A DNA stretch of 63,502 bases, counting the filler, from Vermamoeba vermiformis (lineage: Eukaryota): assembly GCA_045837725.1 (NCBI GenBank). It is 7 parts of 7 records of this genome, joined end to end, with 100 filler letters (N's around TTAATTAATTAA, not from the genome) between each part and the next. Parts side by side here need not be neighbours in the genome. Positions count along the whole stretch, not along the records: positions 20,526 to 24,327 come from JBEWZL010000092.1; positions 24,428 to 27,446 come from JBEWZL010000094.1; positions 27,547 to 58,368 come from JBEWZL010000097.1; 4 more parts are not named here. One strand, given 5' to 3'. Positions 22,739-35,508 of the stretch are shown piece by piece. Below the pieces are notes generated by a model, which did no database searches, had not been told where the DNA came from, and saw only the letters and a program-made list of their open reading frames with translations. The position numbers and the translations under genes were made by a program. How positions within the stretch are numbered: the first letter of the stretch is position 1; each line of letters begins with the position of its first letter.

Positions 22739-24324
22739 ATGGTTTCCATTAGCTTCGTGCTGGTCTTGTGCTCTTGCGTCGTCTTCTCCACTGCATCAAT
22801 CACTCCGATCTGGCTTTCTCCGTTGAACACCTCTGATACAAGTCAGTATTGTTCATTATAGCTTTAAAACCAACTAAAAATTTATTGTCAGGCGAATTTC
22901 AATCGGTCAAATACGAGTGGACAAACATCAGCACTGGTGCTGGCGGCAGAGCTGGAGCTTTTTCGGTTGAAACAGATTCAAAAGGAACAATATGGATTAC
23001 TGGTGGCTACAGTTATACCAGGCAGTATTCAAACGCTGTTTGGAACTACGACCCCAAGACTGATCTTTACCGTTGGGTTGCAGGCACTGTCAATGACTCC
23101 AGCGTCAATCACGTTGTAGTCACTGAATATGGTGTGCCCGATGCTAACGGATTTCCTGGTGACATGACGTTTCCCGCTTCAGCGATCGACCATTACGACA
23201 ACATCTGGATTTATGGAAGCGAAGCTGGCATTACAAACATGTTCTGGCGGTTCAACACGACGTCATTTGAGTTTACAAACTTCCGATATAACGATACGCA
23301 TCTCCCCGTGTACGGCGAAGTTGGCGTCCCTGCATCTGGCAACACTCCTGGAGGAATGGAAGGCGCTAGTCTCAGTGTTGACTCTCAAAACAATCTGTGG
23401 CTCTTAGGAGGATATCGCTCAGGAACTCTCAACAGCGTATGGCATTTCAACACGACTTCATTGATGTGGACTTTTGTTGGAGGCGACGCTATTAACCCCG
23501 TCAAAATCGACTTTGCGAACAAGACTTGGAATGGCCGTTGGTTGCCTGCCTCTACAATTGATGAAGAAGATCGTATTTGGATTTTCGGTGGATATGGTGA
23601 CGGTGCAGCTGGCGAGACAGACGTAGATTGGGGTGACATGTGGTCATTTGACACGAAGACTTTGGAGTGGCGTGTCGAATGGGGAAATGAATCTTCACTC
23701 GTGATCAACAGTTCTTTAGCAGTGCCCGACGACTTCAACATTAACAACTACCCGCGTTCTAGAACAGGTGGTTTGATGGTTGACAGACGAGACGGCACAT
23801 TGCTCCTCGGTGGTGGAAGTTTTTACGTTACTGACCAAGGCTTAAATGATTTTTGGCTATTCAACAAGACGAGCAAGATGTGGAAGCTCGTGTCCGGCAG
23901 TATTGGTTCTGATATAGTCCCGAATAATTTCACAAACTACCGTGCCAAAGGAAGTGTACTTGGATCTCGGTACTACCCTGGCAGATCTGGTGGCGTTCAT
24001 AATCGTGGTAATCTCATTCTATGCGGTGGAGATGATGGCAGTATGGCGTTCAGTGACATCTGGATCTTGCCTCAAGACCAGTGCGTGGGTGCCAATAACG
24101 ATTGTGACGTCAATGCTGACTGCATCGTGTCCACTACTGATTACTTCTCGCACACTTGTACCTGCAAAGAAGGATATACTGGCGACGGAAAAACTTGCAC
24201 CTTGGCTTCTCCTCCATCCTCCAATTCGCCTTCTTCTACGCCCTCTTCATCCAAGACATCGGCAGCAGCTATCAAACTTGCCGTGCCTATCTTTGCTATA
24301 TTTTATACCGTATTATTTGCCTAA
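22739..24324 (+). CDS. Secreted/surface kelch-repeat beta-propeller + EGF domain + Ser/Pro stalk + hydrophobic (GPI/TM) tail
   Basis: Signal peptide MVSISFVLVLCSCVVFS; intron 22842-22891; kelch motifs (IWITGG, LWLLGG, IWIFGG); EGF CDVNADC...CTCKEGYTGDGKTC. Confidence 0.85.
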
Positions 24325-24327
24325 ATA

Positions 24328-24427
24328 NNNNNNNNNNNNNNNNNNNNNNNNNNNNNNNNNNNNNNNNNNNNTTAATTAATTAANNNNNNNNNNNNNNNNN
24401 NNNNNNNNNNNNNNNNNNNNNNNNNNN
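24328..24427. other. Artificial contig linker
   Basis: N run with TTAATTAATTAA. Confidence 0.98.
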
Positions 24428-24681
24428 TCGGATTTTACAGATGCATCCGCTCTTCGCAGTCTTTTTTTTCGTACATTTTTTTATTATATTAATAAATCAA
24501 TTCGAAAATGCTCATATATAAAAAGCCTAAATAGTAGCGACACTTTTGTCTGTGCCCTTGGTGTAGTCCCAGTCATGCATTTCGGATTTGCAGCAAAAAG
24601 TGGCCCTGATTAGGCTTATTTCTACGAACATTATTGGATTATGCAACACGGAATAACTATCATAGAGAATACTAATATAGT

Positions 24682-25984
24682 ATGGAAAACAATATTGAGG
24701 AAGCAGACCTTGGTTCGGACTCCCGAAGCGCAGAAGAGGATTTTATGTCGGATTCGTCTTCGGATGAATACAAAGACGAGTACGGCGAGCTATTTAAATT
24801 AGACAATCCAATTCCTCTCAGCGAATACTTGAAGGATTGGTGAGTATTATTCAATATGGAATTTTAGTTTTAAAAAATTGGAATTATTATTCTGAACAAC
24901 GCCAAAAAACCAATATGAATATGCCTCCAATAATTAATTTGCTCTTAAAAACTGATTTATTATTATTAGGGTTTCTTTGGAAGTACCACAAGATCCGCAG
25001 GTTATTTCGAAACTGGACCAGTATGTGGTTACCCACGCTTGCGATGGACTTTTTCAGCTATTCGGCGTACGGAATAGCAATGGAGATCGATATTTTGCAA
25101 AGTATGACGTACAAGAATTGTACGAGACCGAGAAAAGAAGTCACGAAGTGTTGGATCCGCTGAATTGTCCTTCGATTATCAAAATGGTCGATGCAATTCC
25201 AATAGGCGAAGGAGGAATCATAATGGTACCTATGTATAATCGGTATTCTCATGATCCACTGAACCGGCATATACAGCTGGTCATGAAAAATTTGTTGGAG
25301 GTAAATCCACCCGCCGAGATCCAATTTTAATTTCAAAATGCCTGACGACATTGATAGGCGATTAAATTATGTCATGATAATGGTATTGCGCATATGGATA
25401 TTAAGCCTCAGAATATTGTTTGGAGGTTCGCAGATCCGGGCCGCTGCAAAATTCTCGAGATCTTCCTTACAGATTTTGGACTAGCTTGTTTCGACTTCGA
25501 AGAATACGAATATATGACTATAGAGACTATACCAGGCACCTTGAGGTATTATTCTCCAGAAAAACTTATGGGCCTCATTCCACCTGATCCGCGCGTTTGC
25601 GACATCTTTGCAGCTGGTGTTGTATTCTTAGAATTGGTACGTCATTATTGCCGTACTAAAATGGAATCTTATTAACCAAATTAGGCAATGCAAACAACAA
25701 AACCAGCGTTTAAATATGGCACGTTGGATGAAATTTTCAACGTGACTTACAACTTTGAAGAAGTCGTAGGACATTTGTTGCTGCCTCAAACAGCCGATTT
25801 ATTGAAAAAAATGCTCGAAATTGATTACACGCAAAGAATTACAGTCAATGCAGCATTAGAACATCAATTTTTCCGCGAAAAGTACGCAACTCGTATGCAA
25901 TACGCAGTAGCGCACAAAATTGTGGGGAAAACTTGGAGGTTCCTTTACAAACCTGAATTCCTTACTCAATATAAACTTAATTAA
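24682..25984 (+). CDS. Divergent Ser/Thr protein kinase (non-RD), multi-exon; an alternative last exon may extend to ~26099
   Basis: FAKY, HMDIKPQN, TDFG, GTLRYYSPE, CDIFAAG and RITVNAALEHQFF across GT-AG-separated exons. Confidence 0.85.
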
Positions 25985-26284
25985 CTAATTGGCAGTACTC
26001 GAGTCCTTACAGGTAATAACGAATGATTTTTTCAAAACAACCTCGATCGGATCTTGCAGTTTGCACGACAATGCTAGTTTCGTCTTTCGCATGCGATAAT
26101 AATAATTCAATAATAGTTCGATATTGATTCAATATTTCCAATCAGTGTTATGGTAAGTACTCACCGTTACAAAAAATTACGTTTTTCTTGTTAACAATCC
26201 GCAAAACCAGCCTGCAAAAATGTACGCATTTTTTCAACGAACTATTGCCGACGAGCAAGTGGCGTATAATTTATTTGGCAAGAC

Positions 26285-27446
26285 ATGGATTTATCCGATG
26301 TAGAATACATTTCGGGGTCGGCCTCAAGTTCAGGTCCAGATACCGAAGAGGAGGAGTATGGAGAATTGTTAGAACTTACAACGCCTATCCCGTTAGAACC
26401 ATTTATCCAACAATTGTACGTACATTTATTTATACTTCGCTGCTTTTAATCTACTCGTAAATTCAAAGAATTACTCGAAGCCAAATTAATTTAGTTTCTG
26501 ACTAATAAATTAAACTCATATTTTTATTGGTAGTTTCGCAACAGCTTCATTTTTGAAAGCGGAAGTCAAAGAAAAGATACGACAGTACACAGTAACGAAA
26601 ATGGCACCAACGCATCCGCATTTTTTTGGGTTATCAAGAGAAGGAGATAATCAAGAATATTTTGCCAAATATGACTTAGGTGATTATTATGAAGGTGAAA
26701 AAAGGAGTCACGAAGTGCTAGATCCGTTGAATTGTCCTTCGATTATCAAAATGAAGGACGTTATTCCAATTAACGACGGAGGAATCATTATAACGCCCTT
26801 GTATCGAAGATATGACTATACTATATTCCGAGCATTTAGACAAACAGTCATGAAACAGCTTTTGGAGGTACATCCGCAAACGGAATTTTTGACTTGACTG
26901 ATCTAATCGTTTTATAGGCTATAAAAGTATGTCACGATAGTGGGATAGCTCATCGAGATATTAAACCAGCCAATGTTGTATGGCGGTTCGTGGATGTGCA
27001 GCTTTCATCCATTGAAATATTTTTAACTGACTTTGCTTTGGCTTGCTTCGACTTTTCTCCCTACAAAAACAAAACAATTAATGAAATGCCGGGCACCCAG
27101 CTTTATTCTTCGCCGGAGAAGCTTCGAGGAGAAATTCCACCTGATCCGCGCGTCTGCGACATTTTTGCAGCTGGCGTTTTCTTCATGGAGCTGGTATGGA
27201 TTTATTTTACTTCGAGGAATTATTATAAACAATTAATTGTAGTTACGTGGCGATGGAAGGCATGTATTCGCAGACCGTACTGTGGATGGAATTTTCCTAT
27301 TCCTTAGCAAAATCGATTTCTGGTTCGGATCCAGACCTCCCAGCACCCTCGATTTATTGAAAAGAATGATTGAAGACGATTACACGAAACGAATTACGGT
27401 TACCGAGGCGTTAGAACACGAGTACTTTAAGGAGAAAATTATTAGT
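26285..27446 (+). CDS. Paralogous divergent Ser/Thr protein kinase, reaches contig end
   Basis: FAKY, HRDIKPAN, TDFA, GTQLYSSPE, CDIFAAG, RITVTEALEHEYF; near-identical segments and equivalent intron positions to the upstream kinase. Confidence 0.85.
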
Positions 27447-27546
27447 NNNNNNNNNNNNNNNNNNNNNNNNNNNNNNNNNNNNNNNNNNNNTTAATTAATT
27501 AANNNNNNNNNNNNNNNNNNNNNNNNNNNNNNNNNNNNNNNNNNNN
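27447..27546. other. Artificial contig linker
   Basis: N run with TTAATTAATTAA. Confidence 0.98.
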
Positions 27547-28489
27547 ATTATTATTAGCCTTATTATAAATTCTGGCGCGTTAGTGGCCCGGTTTGTAGCA
27601 GCACTTATCTATCTTATTTTTTACGGTTCTCGCCAAAAATAATCATTAATGTGGTAAATATTAGGTCAATTATCAGCGCAGAGCCGATTAGAATAATAAA
27701 GACGTAAGTTAATTAAAGTTTTCAAGCTGCCAAGACTTACCCGCGGCTAGTCTATGGATTTGACGCGAGGTATTAGGCTATACTTGGCGTCTTCTTAAAC
27801 AAGTGATGATGGGTCACTCAGTTCTTAGTCTCCTAGTGTCCATTCTACTACGTGTTGAACATTGCCTGGATGATGATGTAATTTGCTCGCAACAAATGCA
27901 CGACACTGCAAACGAACCAGGCTGATGGAAACTAGTCCCGTGTTAACTTTGTGTTGCAAAGGCTCTTAGCTACGCTTTCTTAATCAGAATGGGGACTGCT
28001 GAACCGAGAAATTTCGGTACGTGGTGCATGACTGGCCAATCTTTGCGACATTTCGGTGTCAATTTCAACTCGAGATTTGGCTACGGAATTGAATTCCCCA
28101 ACACTGATTTGACTTGATACAGCTTACACAGTAGTTAAACTCTATAACTAACGGCTCGCATTAATTCTTCCCGATGAATCAGTTTCAAAGAAACAATTGT
28201 GATCTTGGGACAGTATTTGTGTGCAGTGAAATTTCCAAAGTATGAGATGATACTATAACGTATAATGTCATACAAGCCACTATTATATCCCAAAGTAAGT
28301 CATTTCTTAGACGCGAACGTTCGAGACTAAAATCAGTTCGAGCATTATTTTTTTATAAAGAAGAGTAGATCTACGACTAGAGTGATTAACGCAATTAGTG
28401 AACTCCAGATCTGCCATACTAGATATAGGATTTAAAGAAGGCACTTAACATCAATCAGCAAATGCTGCCAGCGAAGCGTTCGTATTTCA

Positions 28490-28640
28490 GGACGAATCAC
28501 ATTGCACGTAAATTTCAGAATGGGACTGGAACGGCAGTGTCAAGGAATAACTAAAAATTAAGATAAATGCAAGAAATACCAGCTATAAATAACGATTTAT
28601 TGATGCTAGTCTATTCATTCAGTTCAAAACTAAAGAACGA
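28490..28640 (+). promoter_or_regulatory. Conserved promoter module (GAATCAC, AAGATAA, TATAAATA, initiator-like TATTCATTCAGTT) shared by the four paralogs
   Basis: Same ordered motifs at ~28490-28640, 31370-31510, 33005-33120 and 34455-34590. Confidence 0.7.
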
Positions 28641-28668
28641 ACAACAACAAATCAATCTACTTGAAAAA

Positions 28669-29199
28669 ATGTCCGAACCTAAAGTTACTCTCGCTCACAA
28701 GAAGAACCTTCGTGATGCTGAAGCCAAGAAGCCTGCTCTTATTGAGCGCATCAAGGCTGCTACTGGTGTCGAATACGACTTCGAACTTGAACCCAAGTTT
28801 GACGAATTTGTTGTTGGCTTGATCAAGGGCGGATCTCGCTACCACGAACAAATTGGAGACGTTCTTTACAACCCTAATGGTTACCTCGACCACGCTGCCA
28901 AGCTGTAAGTATTTTTCAATTCGAAGAAATTTCATTACTTTTCCAGATCGGCAAAACGATTTCCGTTACTGACGCAATTTTGCCGTAGGTTCGAAAAGAA
29001 CTGCAAGGACGATATGATCAAGGAGGCTATTGTTGACGCCACTTCCAACAAGAAGATCATTCTCCGCCTCGATCCGCAAGCCTCTGTCAACTCCTGCGTT
29101 TCATTCAAGGACGGCAATTTGATCCTTACTACTACTCCCAAGAACTTCAACAACTATTTGAGCTACATGTCTGACTTCGATATTTCCAAGATTTTGTAA
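28669..29199 (+). CDS. Small (~150 aa) unknown protein, paralog A of four
   Basis: MSEPKVTLAHKKNLRDAEA...; intron 28905-28988; strong C/T-ending codon bias. Confidence 0.85.
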
Positions 29200-29276
29200 A
29201 CGAATCTCGGAGCAGATCCGAACCTTGTACGAAAGATTGGCATAGAATAAAAATTCGTACAAGTAATAAACTAGTT

Positions 29277-31023
29277 TTATTTCAGCTGATATACATGCGT
29301 AAACTTGGCTATAACTTCGTTAGAAACATTTTTCAAGAAGACAAGGCTGGTCAGATGCGTGAGCGGAAGCAAACTTAATGCCTGCTCGTCGGTTGTATCA
29401 CAATTAACAGTAAGTTGTTGCAGGTTGGTAAGTTGAGTAGCTATATTCCAAAAGCCTATACTTCGCTGCGGAACGAACAAGTACTTCAGATCTGTCATTT
29501 TTGAAACGCAACTAACGTCGATATTGTTGCTGACGAAGTGCAAGTACGTCAGTTTGGATAGTGAATGTAACCCCTGAACGCCTTTATCCGGATTAGGAGT
29601 GGCAAAATGCAAAAATTCCAAGTTCGTCAGATCCGCTACGTTCACGTCAAATTTTGAATCGCCCCATCGATAGATTGAAAGTTCTTTTAGCGTTGTTAGC
29701 TTTGACAAGAACATTTGATATTGTGCATTGGCCCCAACATCTTCGACTGACTTTAATGATGTCAAGTTGGTTAGCTGGGTCAAAAAATACATGTACCAGC
29801 CGTTATTAATAGCGACACTTTCAAGCGTCATCAAACGGGAAATTTCCTTTGAAAATTCGACGGTTTTGGCATTTAAGACCAATTCAGTGAGTTTCGATGA
29901 AGTCACGTATGGCGCGAACAAACTGTCGTGAAGTTCAAGTCGTCTGCTGAGCGATAAGTTCTCTAGGTCTGTCAATGCTGTCAAAAATTTCATCGGTGAA
30001 ATTTCTCGTCCGACAGTAAAATCGATGGCTAGTGATTTCAATTTGGTTAATACTGTCAATTCGTGTGATCGTGGGTTGTCATCGGCTAACATTCTAATCT
30101 TCAAAAATGTCAAATTTGTGTTGAGATCCAATCTCTCGGGCGAAGGTTGCGGTATTATTCCGTTGCGCGTTGCTAGCTGGACATTCAAACTTTCCAAATT
30201 TGGCAATAAATGGTGCGGAAATGATTGCCCTTGATTATTTTTCCACTCCAAGTGTTTGAGACCTGTCATACGTTCCACGACTTCTTGTTTGACGTCGATC
30301 ATTCCTTCAAAGAAAGCCACCAATGACGTAAGTTTCTCGGGAAATTTCAATTTTTCTAAAATTGCTGCATTTTGTAACGGTTTGGAGATCGAGACGGTGA
30401 GACTTTGCAAGTTGGTCAGATGTGTCAAAAAATTCACGGTCAGTTCGTCGTAAGCGTCCACTTGTGTGATGTTTGGCAAGTACGGTAACAATTGAGAATA
30501 ATAGGACCGATGGGCTGGTTGTATATGGATTTGTTGTAAGTTGGTCAAAGTTGTCAAGCGGATCCAGTTTTCGACAGGGAACTGCGTGTAGTTTCGATCC
30601 GGGATAATAAACCGAGTTAAGTTCGTCAAACGAGATATTTCCAATAGTTCTGTGAATTGATCCGACGGTCCATTCTCTTTGAACCTTGTTTTGGCAAAAG
30701 TAAGACCGATCGGATGTGTCAACTTCGACATTTGCTCTATGACCTGTAATACTTGTTCTCTTGTGGCATAATTTATAACGAAATTATTTAGTACCGCAAT
30801 ATCTCTCCATTGAGCGCAAACCAAGCGAGAATTCAGAATCGATTTTAAATCCGAAAAATCTAAAATCCGTTGGATGATCTCTGGTGGCCATAAATCCTGT
30901 CAGTTTAATTTAATTAAAATTAAGCAAATATTATGCGCGTGATAACTATTTAATTAGACTCTATTCTAAGTTTGACATCAAGGATCGAGACAGCAATCAA
31001 CATTGCAAGCTCCTACTTACCAT
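29277..31023 (-). CDS. F-box + leucine-rich repeat protein
   Basis: Exon 1 is ATG only (31023-31021), intron 31020-30897, then DLWPPEIIQRILDFSDLKSILNSRLVCAQWR (F-box) and many LTNLxxL repeats. Confidence 0.85.
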
Positions 31024-31554
31024 TGCTTGATTTATTATTAATTATGTAACCAGTTAATGCGTGTTTTTATGTTACTAGTTTATTTTAAGTAAGATTTTGG
31101 GAGTAAAATCTGCACGGGACTTGAGCGTTCCATCAGATTCTGTTCCTTGGCTGGTGGTACCGATCCTTCTAGAAATTTGGATCCGTCATACTATTACGTG
31201 CAAATAATACGGAAAAAGGGTGTTGAGCGAATTTAATTCATCGTAACGAGATCCGCACCGTTACAAACTAGTTCGATGTGCAACCTCATGATCTAACCTC
31301 ATCTATTTAATTGTGGATACATAAGGATCTACAAACAAAGACCACCGACCAAATTCTTCGTACTTTTTTCTGATTGAATCACATTTCTGGATGTGACGGA
31401 AGGCTTTGTTGCAGGAACGAATGAAATTACAAAACCTAAGATAATTACTGGAAGAACCAGGTATAAATAACGATTTATTACTGCTAGTCTATTCATTCAG
31501 TTCAAAACTAAAGAACAAACAACAACAAAACAACTTACCAAATCCAACTAAAAA

Positions 31555-32146
31555 ATGGCCGAAGCAAAAGTTACCCTCGCTCACAAGAAGAACCTTCGTG
31601 ACGCTGAAGCCAACAAGCCTGCCCTTCTCGCTAAGATTAAGGCTTCTACTGGCGTCGATTACACCTTCGAAATCGAGCCCAAGTTCGACGACTTTGTCAT
31701 TGGTTTGATCAAGGGCGCAGCTCCTACCCACGAGCGCGTTGGTGAAGGCTTTTACAAGGACGACGGCTATCTCTCCCATGTTGCCCAACTGTAAGTATAT
31801 TATAATTAATAATCAATCATGTTATATAACAAGCTCGTGCATAAAATTTTGTCTGGATGTGCCTTGACGTCAAAAATTATTACTTGACAACTTTCAATAT
31901 AACCAGTACTTACGTTATTTAATTATTAGGTTCGAAAAGAACTGCAAGGACGATATGATCAAGGAGGCTATTGTTGAAGCCACGCCCAACAAGAAGATCA
32001 TTCTCAGCTTGGTCACATCCGGCGAAGTTGATGACGCCAAGTGCATTCAATTCAAGGACGGTAGCATGTACCTCTACGTCACTCCCAAGTACTTCTACTC
32101 GTGGATGAGCACTTATTCCAACTTCGACATCACTCAGATCTTGTAA
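31555..32146 (+). CDS. Small unknown protein, paralog B
   Basis: MAEAKVTLAHKKNLRD...; intron 31791-31929. Confidence 0.85.
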
Positions 32147-33158
32147 AATGTTGATACCAGCGATTGTTATTCTCGGTATCCATTGTGCCTGTAAACTTTG
32201 GATCTAATAAAAGTCTATAAGCCACATATTACCGCCGGCAATACTATTCATCCGCTTGATATGTTCTTATGAATATCAGCAGCGTAGTGTAACGGATCAC
32301 CGGATCTGGCACTGCTGATTTTACGCACGGCACCCAAGCAACGAGCAATAATATCATATGATAGCATACTAGAACGTGATTGTGTTGTGTTGTGGAGTTG
32401 GACCAGTCCCGTCGAATATCTGAAAATTAAGATAAATATCCGAATTATGAATTAGGTTAACGTCCCAATTAAATACATCCACAAATGGCGTTTGTTCATA
32501 TACATTGCATAATTTAATATGCGCGATGTTCAATTGCATATTGTTCGTACCTATACTGCATATAATTAATTATGCGCGATTTTGCGTCAACGCACAATGT
32601 ACTGGATTCGATAACGAGTTTCAGTAACTGAAGTGCATTCAATGAAAAGTTGCATATATTGTATTGTTCTAATATAAGGTACGTTAATAAGTGCCAAAAA
32701 AAGCATCATAATAAGTTACGAATCGAGTTCCACGGGTAATAAAGTTACGGAATTTAAAAACATAGTTCTTAATAATTGCGATCAAAACGAAACGATCTGT
32801 CGCTTCAAACTAACTATATAGCATATAATAGAACTAATAATACGTTGCAAAATCACTTGCCGATTTCAAAAAAAATGCTTCCGTAACCAGCTCCGCGTTA
32901 CCTACCGATTGTCGCAAGATCTGCAAGGACGATATGGCGATCAAGCATCCATTATCGATATTAAATTATTTGTGGATGCTGCGCTTTGAATTCTTTGCTG
33001 CGTGGTTGAATCACAGACGGAAGGGACTGCACGGGCGTCCTGAAAATTAAGATAATAGTCAGAAATATCAGGTATAAATAACGATCGGTTGCTTCGATTA
33101 TATTCATTCAGTTCAAAACAAAAGAACAAACAACAACAAATCAATCTACTTGAAAAAA

Positions 33159-33767
33159 ATGGCCGAACCTAAAGTTACCCTCGCTCACAAGAAGAACCTT
33201 CGTGACGCTGAAGCCAACAAGCCTGCCCTTCTCGATAGAATCAAGGCTGCCACTGGTGTCGAATACACCTTCGAATTCGAGCCCAAGTTCGACGAGTTCG
33301 TCATTGCTTTGATCAAGGGCGGATCTGCCAGCCACGAACGTATTGGTGAAGCGTTCTACAACAAAGACGACGGCTATCTCGCACAAGCTGCTATGTTGTA
33401 AGTACTATAATAGAATTTTATTAGTTATGTTTCAATCGATTGATATTAAACTGAATTGTTGGGCTCGCGTACTGGAAAAAATTACCCGCGAAATTTCATT
33501 TACAAAAATATTGAAACCGTTTTGTATTGATTGCTTACTATATTTTATAGGTTGGAAAAGAACTGCAAGGACGATATGATCAAGGAGGCTATTGTTGACG
33601 CCACTCCCAACAAGAAGATCATCCTCAGCTTGGTCACATCCGGCGAAGTTCCCGACGCCAAGTGCATCGAGTTCAAGGATGGCAGCATGTACCTCTACGT
33701 CACTCCCAAGTACTTCTTCTCTTGGATGAGCACTTACTCCAAGTTCGATGTCACTAAGATCTTGTAA
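33159..33767 (+). CDS. Small unknown protein, paralog C
   Basis: MAEPKVTLAHKKNLRD...; intron 33398-33550. Confidence 0.85.
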
Positions 33768-34631
33768 AGTGCGAGCTAGATAACCAATAAAGTCCTAATA
33801 AGCAAGTTAGAATAACTTGTGCGAATTTTTTATCAAACTTACGAGTGGTGCTGTCTTTGCGTTTGACGAATCGGGCGACGTTTTTTCAAGCCCTGGCATT
33901 AATCCTAGAACTTGCTAGGAAGCGAAGTCCATACATTCGTTTCCATATCAACCATATTTAAAGTTCACTTATTTGAGAGCAACTATTGTCTCCATGTTCG
34001 ACTGAAATTACATTGCGTTAATTGAATGCTACTTAGAGTGTCAAAGTATTCAAGGCCGGTTACCGAGTTGATAAACTTCAACAATCCCCATTTGCACTGG
34101 AATCCTTGACGTTGAGTTATAGTGAATTACAGCCACAAGTTCGGCACTTTCAAGCACGAAAGATCCCGTTCGAAGTTTTTTCTGAATCCCGCATCCGTCC
34201 AAAAATCTATCTAGAGACTTGGTTGAACACGACTATCATATTGGCAATATTAATGTTATATGTTATATCTCATAGGATCTCCATTAGCGATAGTTTGTTG
34301 GTTCAATCGAAGTCAAAAGATCTGTCAGAAATAGTGCGGAGATGACTGATCCGACCTTGTGATAATATATCTGTTTAATAAAGGTCAGTATAAGCACGTT
34401 AAACATCTATTCTAAGAGGTGGCAACAGCTGTTGCAGATCCTAACTTTTTCTGATTGAATCGCATTTGAAGAGGACAATTACAAAGGCCTGTTGACCGAT
34501 TGAAATTACAAAACCTAAGATAATTGGTGGAAGAACCAGGTATAAATAGCGAATGATTTGGCTCAGTCTATTCATTCAGTTCAAAACTAAAGAACAAACA
34601 ACAACAAAACAACTTACCAAATCCAACAAAA

Positions 34632-35205
34632 ATGGCCGAAGCAAAAGTCACCCTCGCTCACAAGAAGAACTTCCGTGACGCTGAAGCAAAGAAGCCCGCT
34701 CTCCTTGCTAAGATTAAGGCTGCCTCTGGTGTCGACTACACCTTTGACCTTGAGCCCAAGTTCGACGACTTTGTCATTGGTTTGATCAAGGCTGGATCTG
34801 GCTACCACGAGCGAGTTGGTGAGGGTCTCTTCAACGACGACGGTTACCTCGCTCATATTGCCCAACTGTAAGTATCATCGTTAAATAATACTTTCTAAAG
34901 AATTTGAAACGGATTTGCTCCGTTACGAAATTGAAACTTCGTTGTTTGTTACTAAATTATATGTTAAAGTTACTTACCTTGATATATATAGGTTCGAGTC
35001 TGCCTGCAAGGATGATATGATCAAGGAGGCTATCGTTGAGGCCACTCCCAACAAGAAACTCATCCTCGCTTTGTCCAACGACGATGTTCCCTCCGACAAG
35101 TGCGTTGCATTCAAGGACGGCAACATGTACTTCTATATCACTCCTAAGAAGTTCTATTTGTGGTTGAGCAGCATTGCTAACTTCGATGTCACTAAGATCT
35201 TGTAA
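34632..35205 (+). CDS. Small unknown protein, paralog D
   Basis: MAEAKVTLAHKKNFRD...; intron 34868-34991. Confidence 0.85.
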
Positions 35206-35508
35206 ACATCGAAATTACGCGGGCTTTTTCAATATCTATCTAATATAATTCAATTATTATGCGCAGTGATATTACCGTAATTATTTGAATTATTGTACAT
35301 TTTTAAATAAATTAGGCAGATCTTCCTAATTCAAAAATCGCTTTGAATAAATACAAACCTCTTAATGGCTAAGATATAGTATTTTTTGGCAGTAATATTG
35401 TGCATTATATTCGAAGAAAAGCAGATCGCACGTGTTGTGCCTCGTGCAAGATTTTTTTGACTGAGTTTCTTTTACATTAACAGTTATCCACCAAACACCG
35501 CTATTAAT

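Noticed and set aside
27800-27930. Box C/D snoRNA (TGATGA...CTGA)
   Set aside because: No proper terminal stem or recognisable rRNA guide; could be decayed coding sequence.
32920-32936. Fifth paralog suggested by ctgcaaggacgatatg matching the exon 2 start
   Set aside because: Only 16 nt match with no flanking homology; at most a duplication scar.
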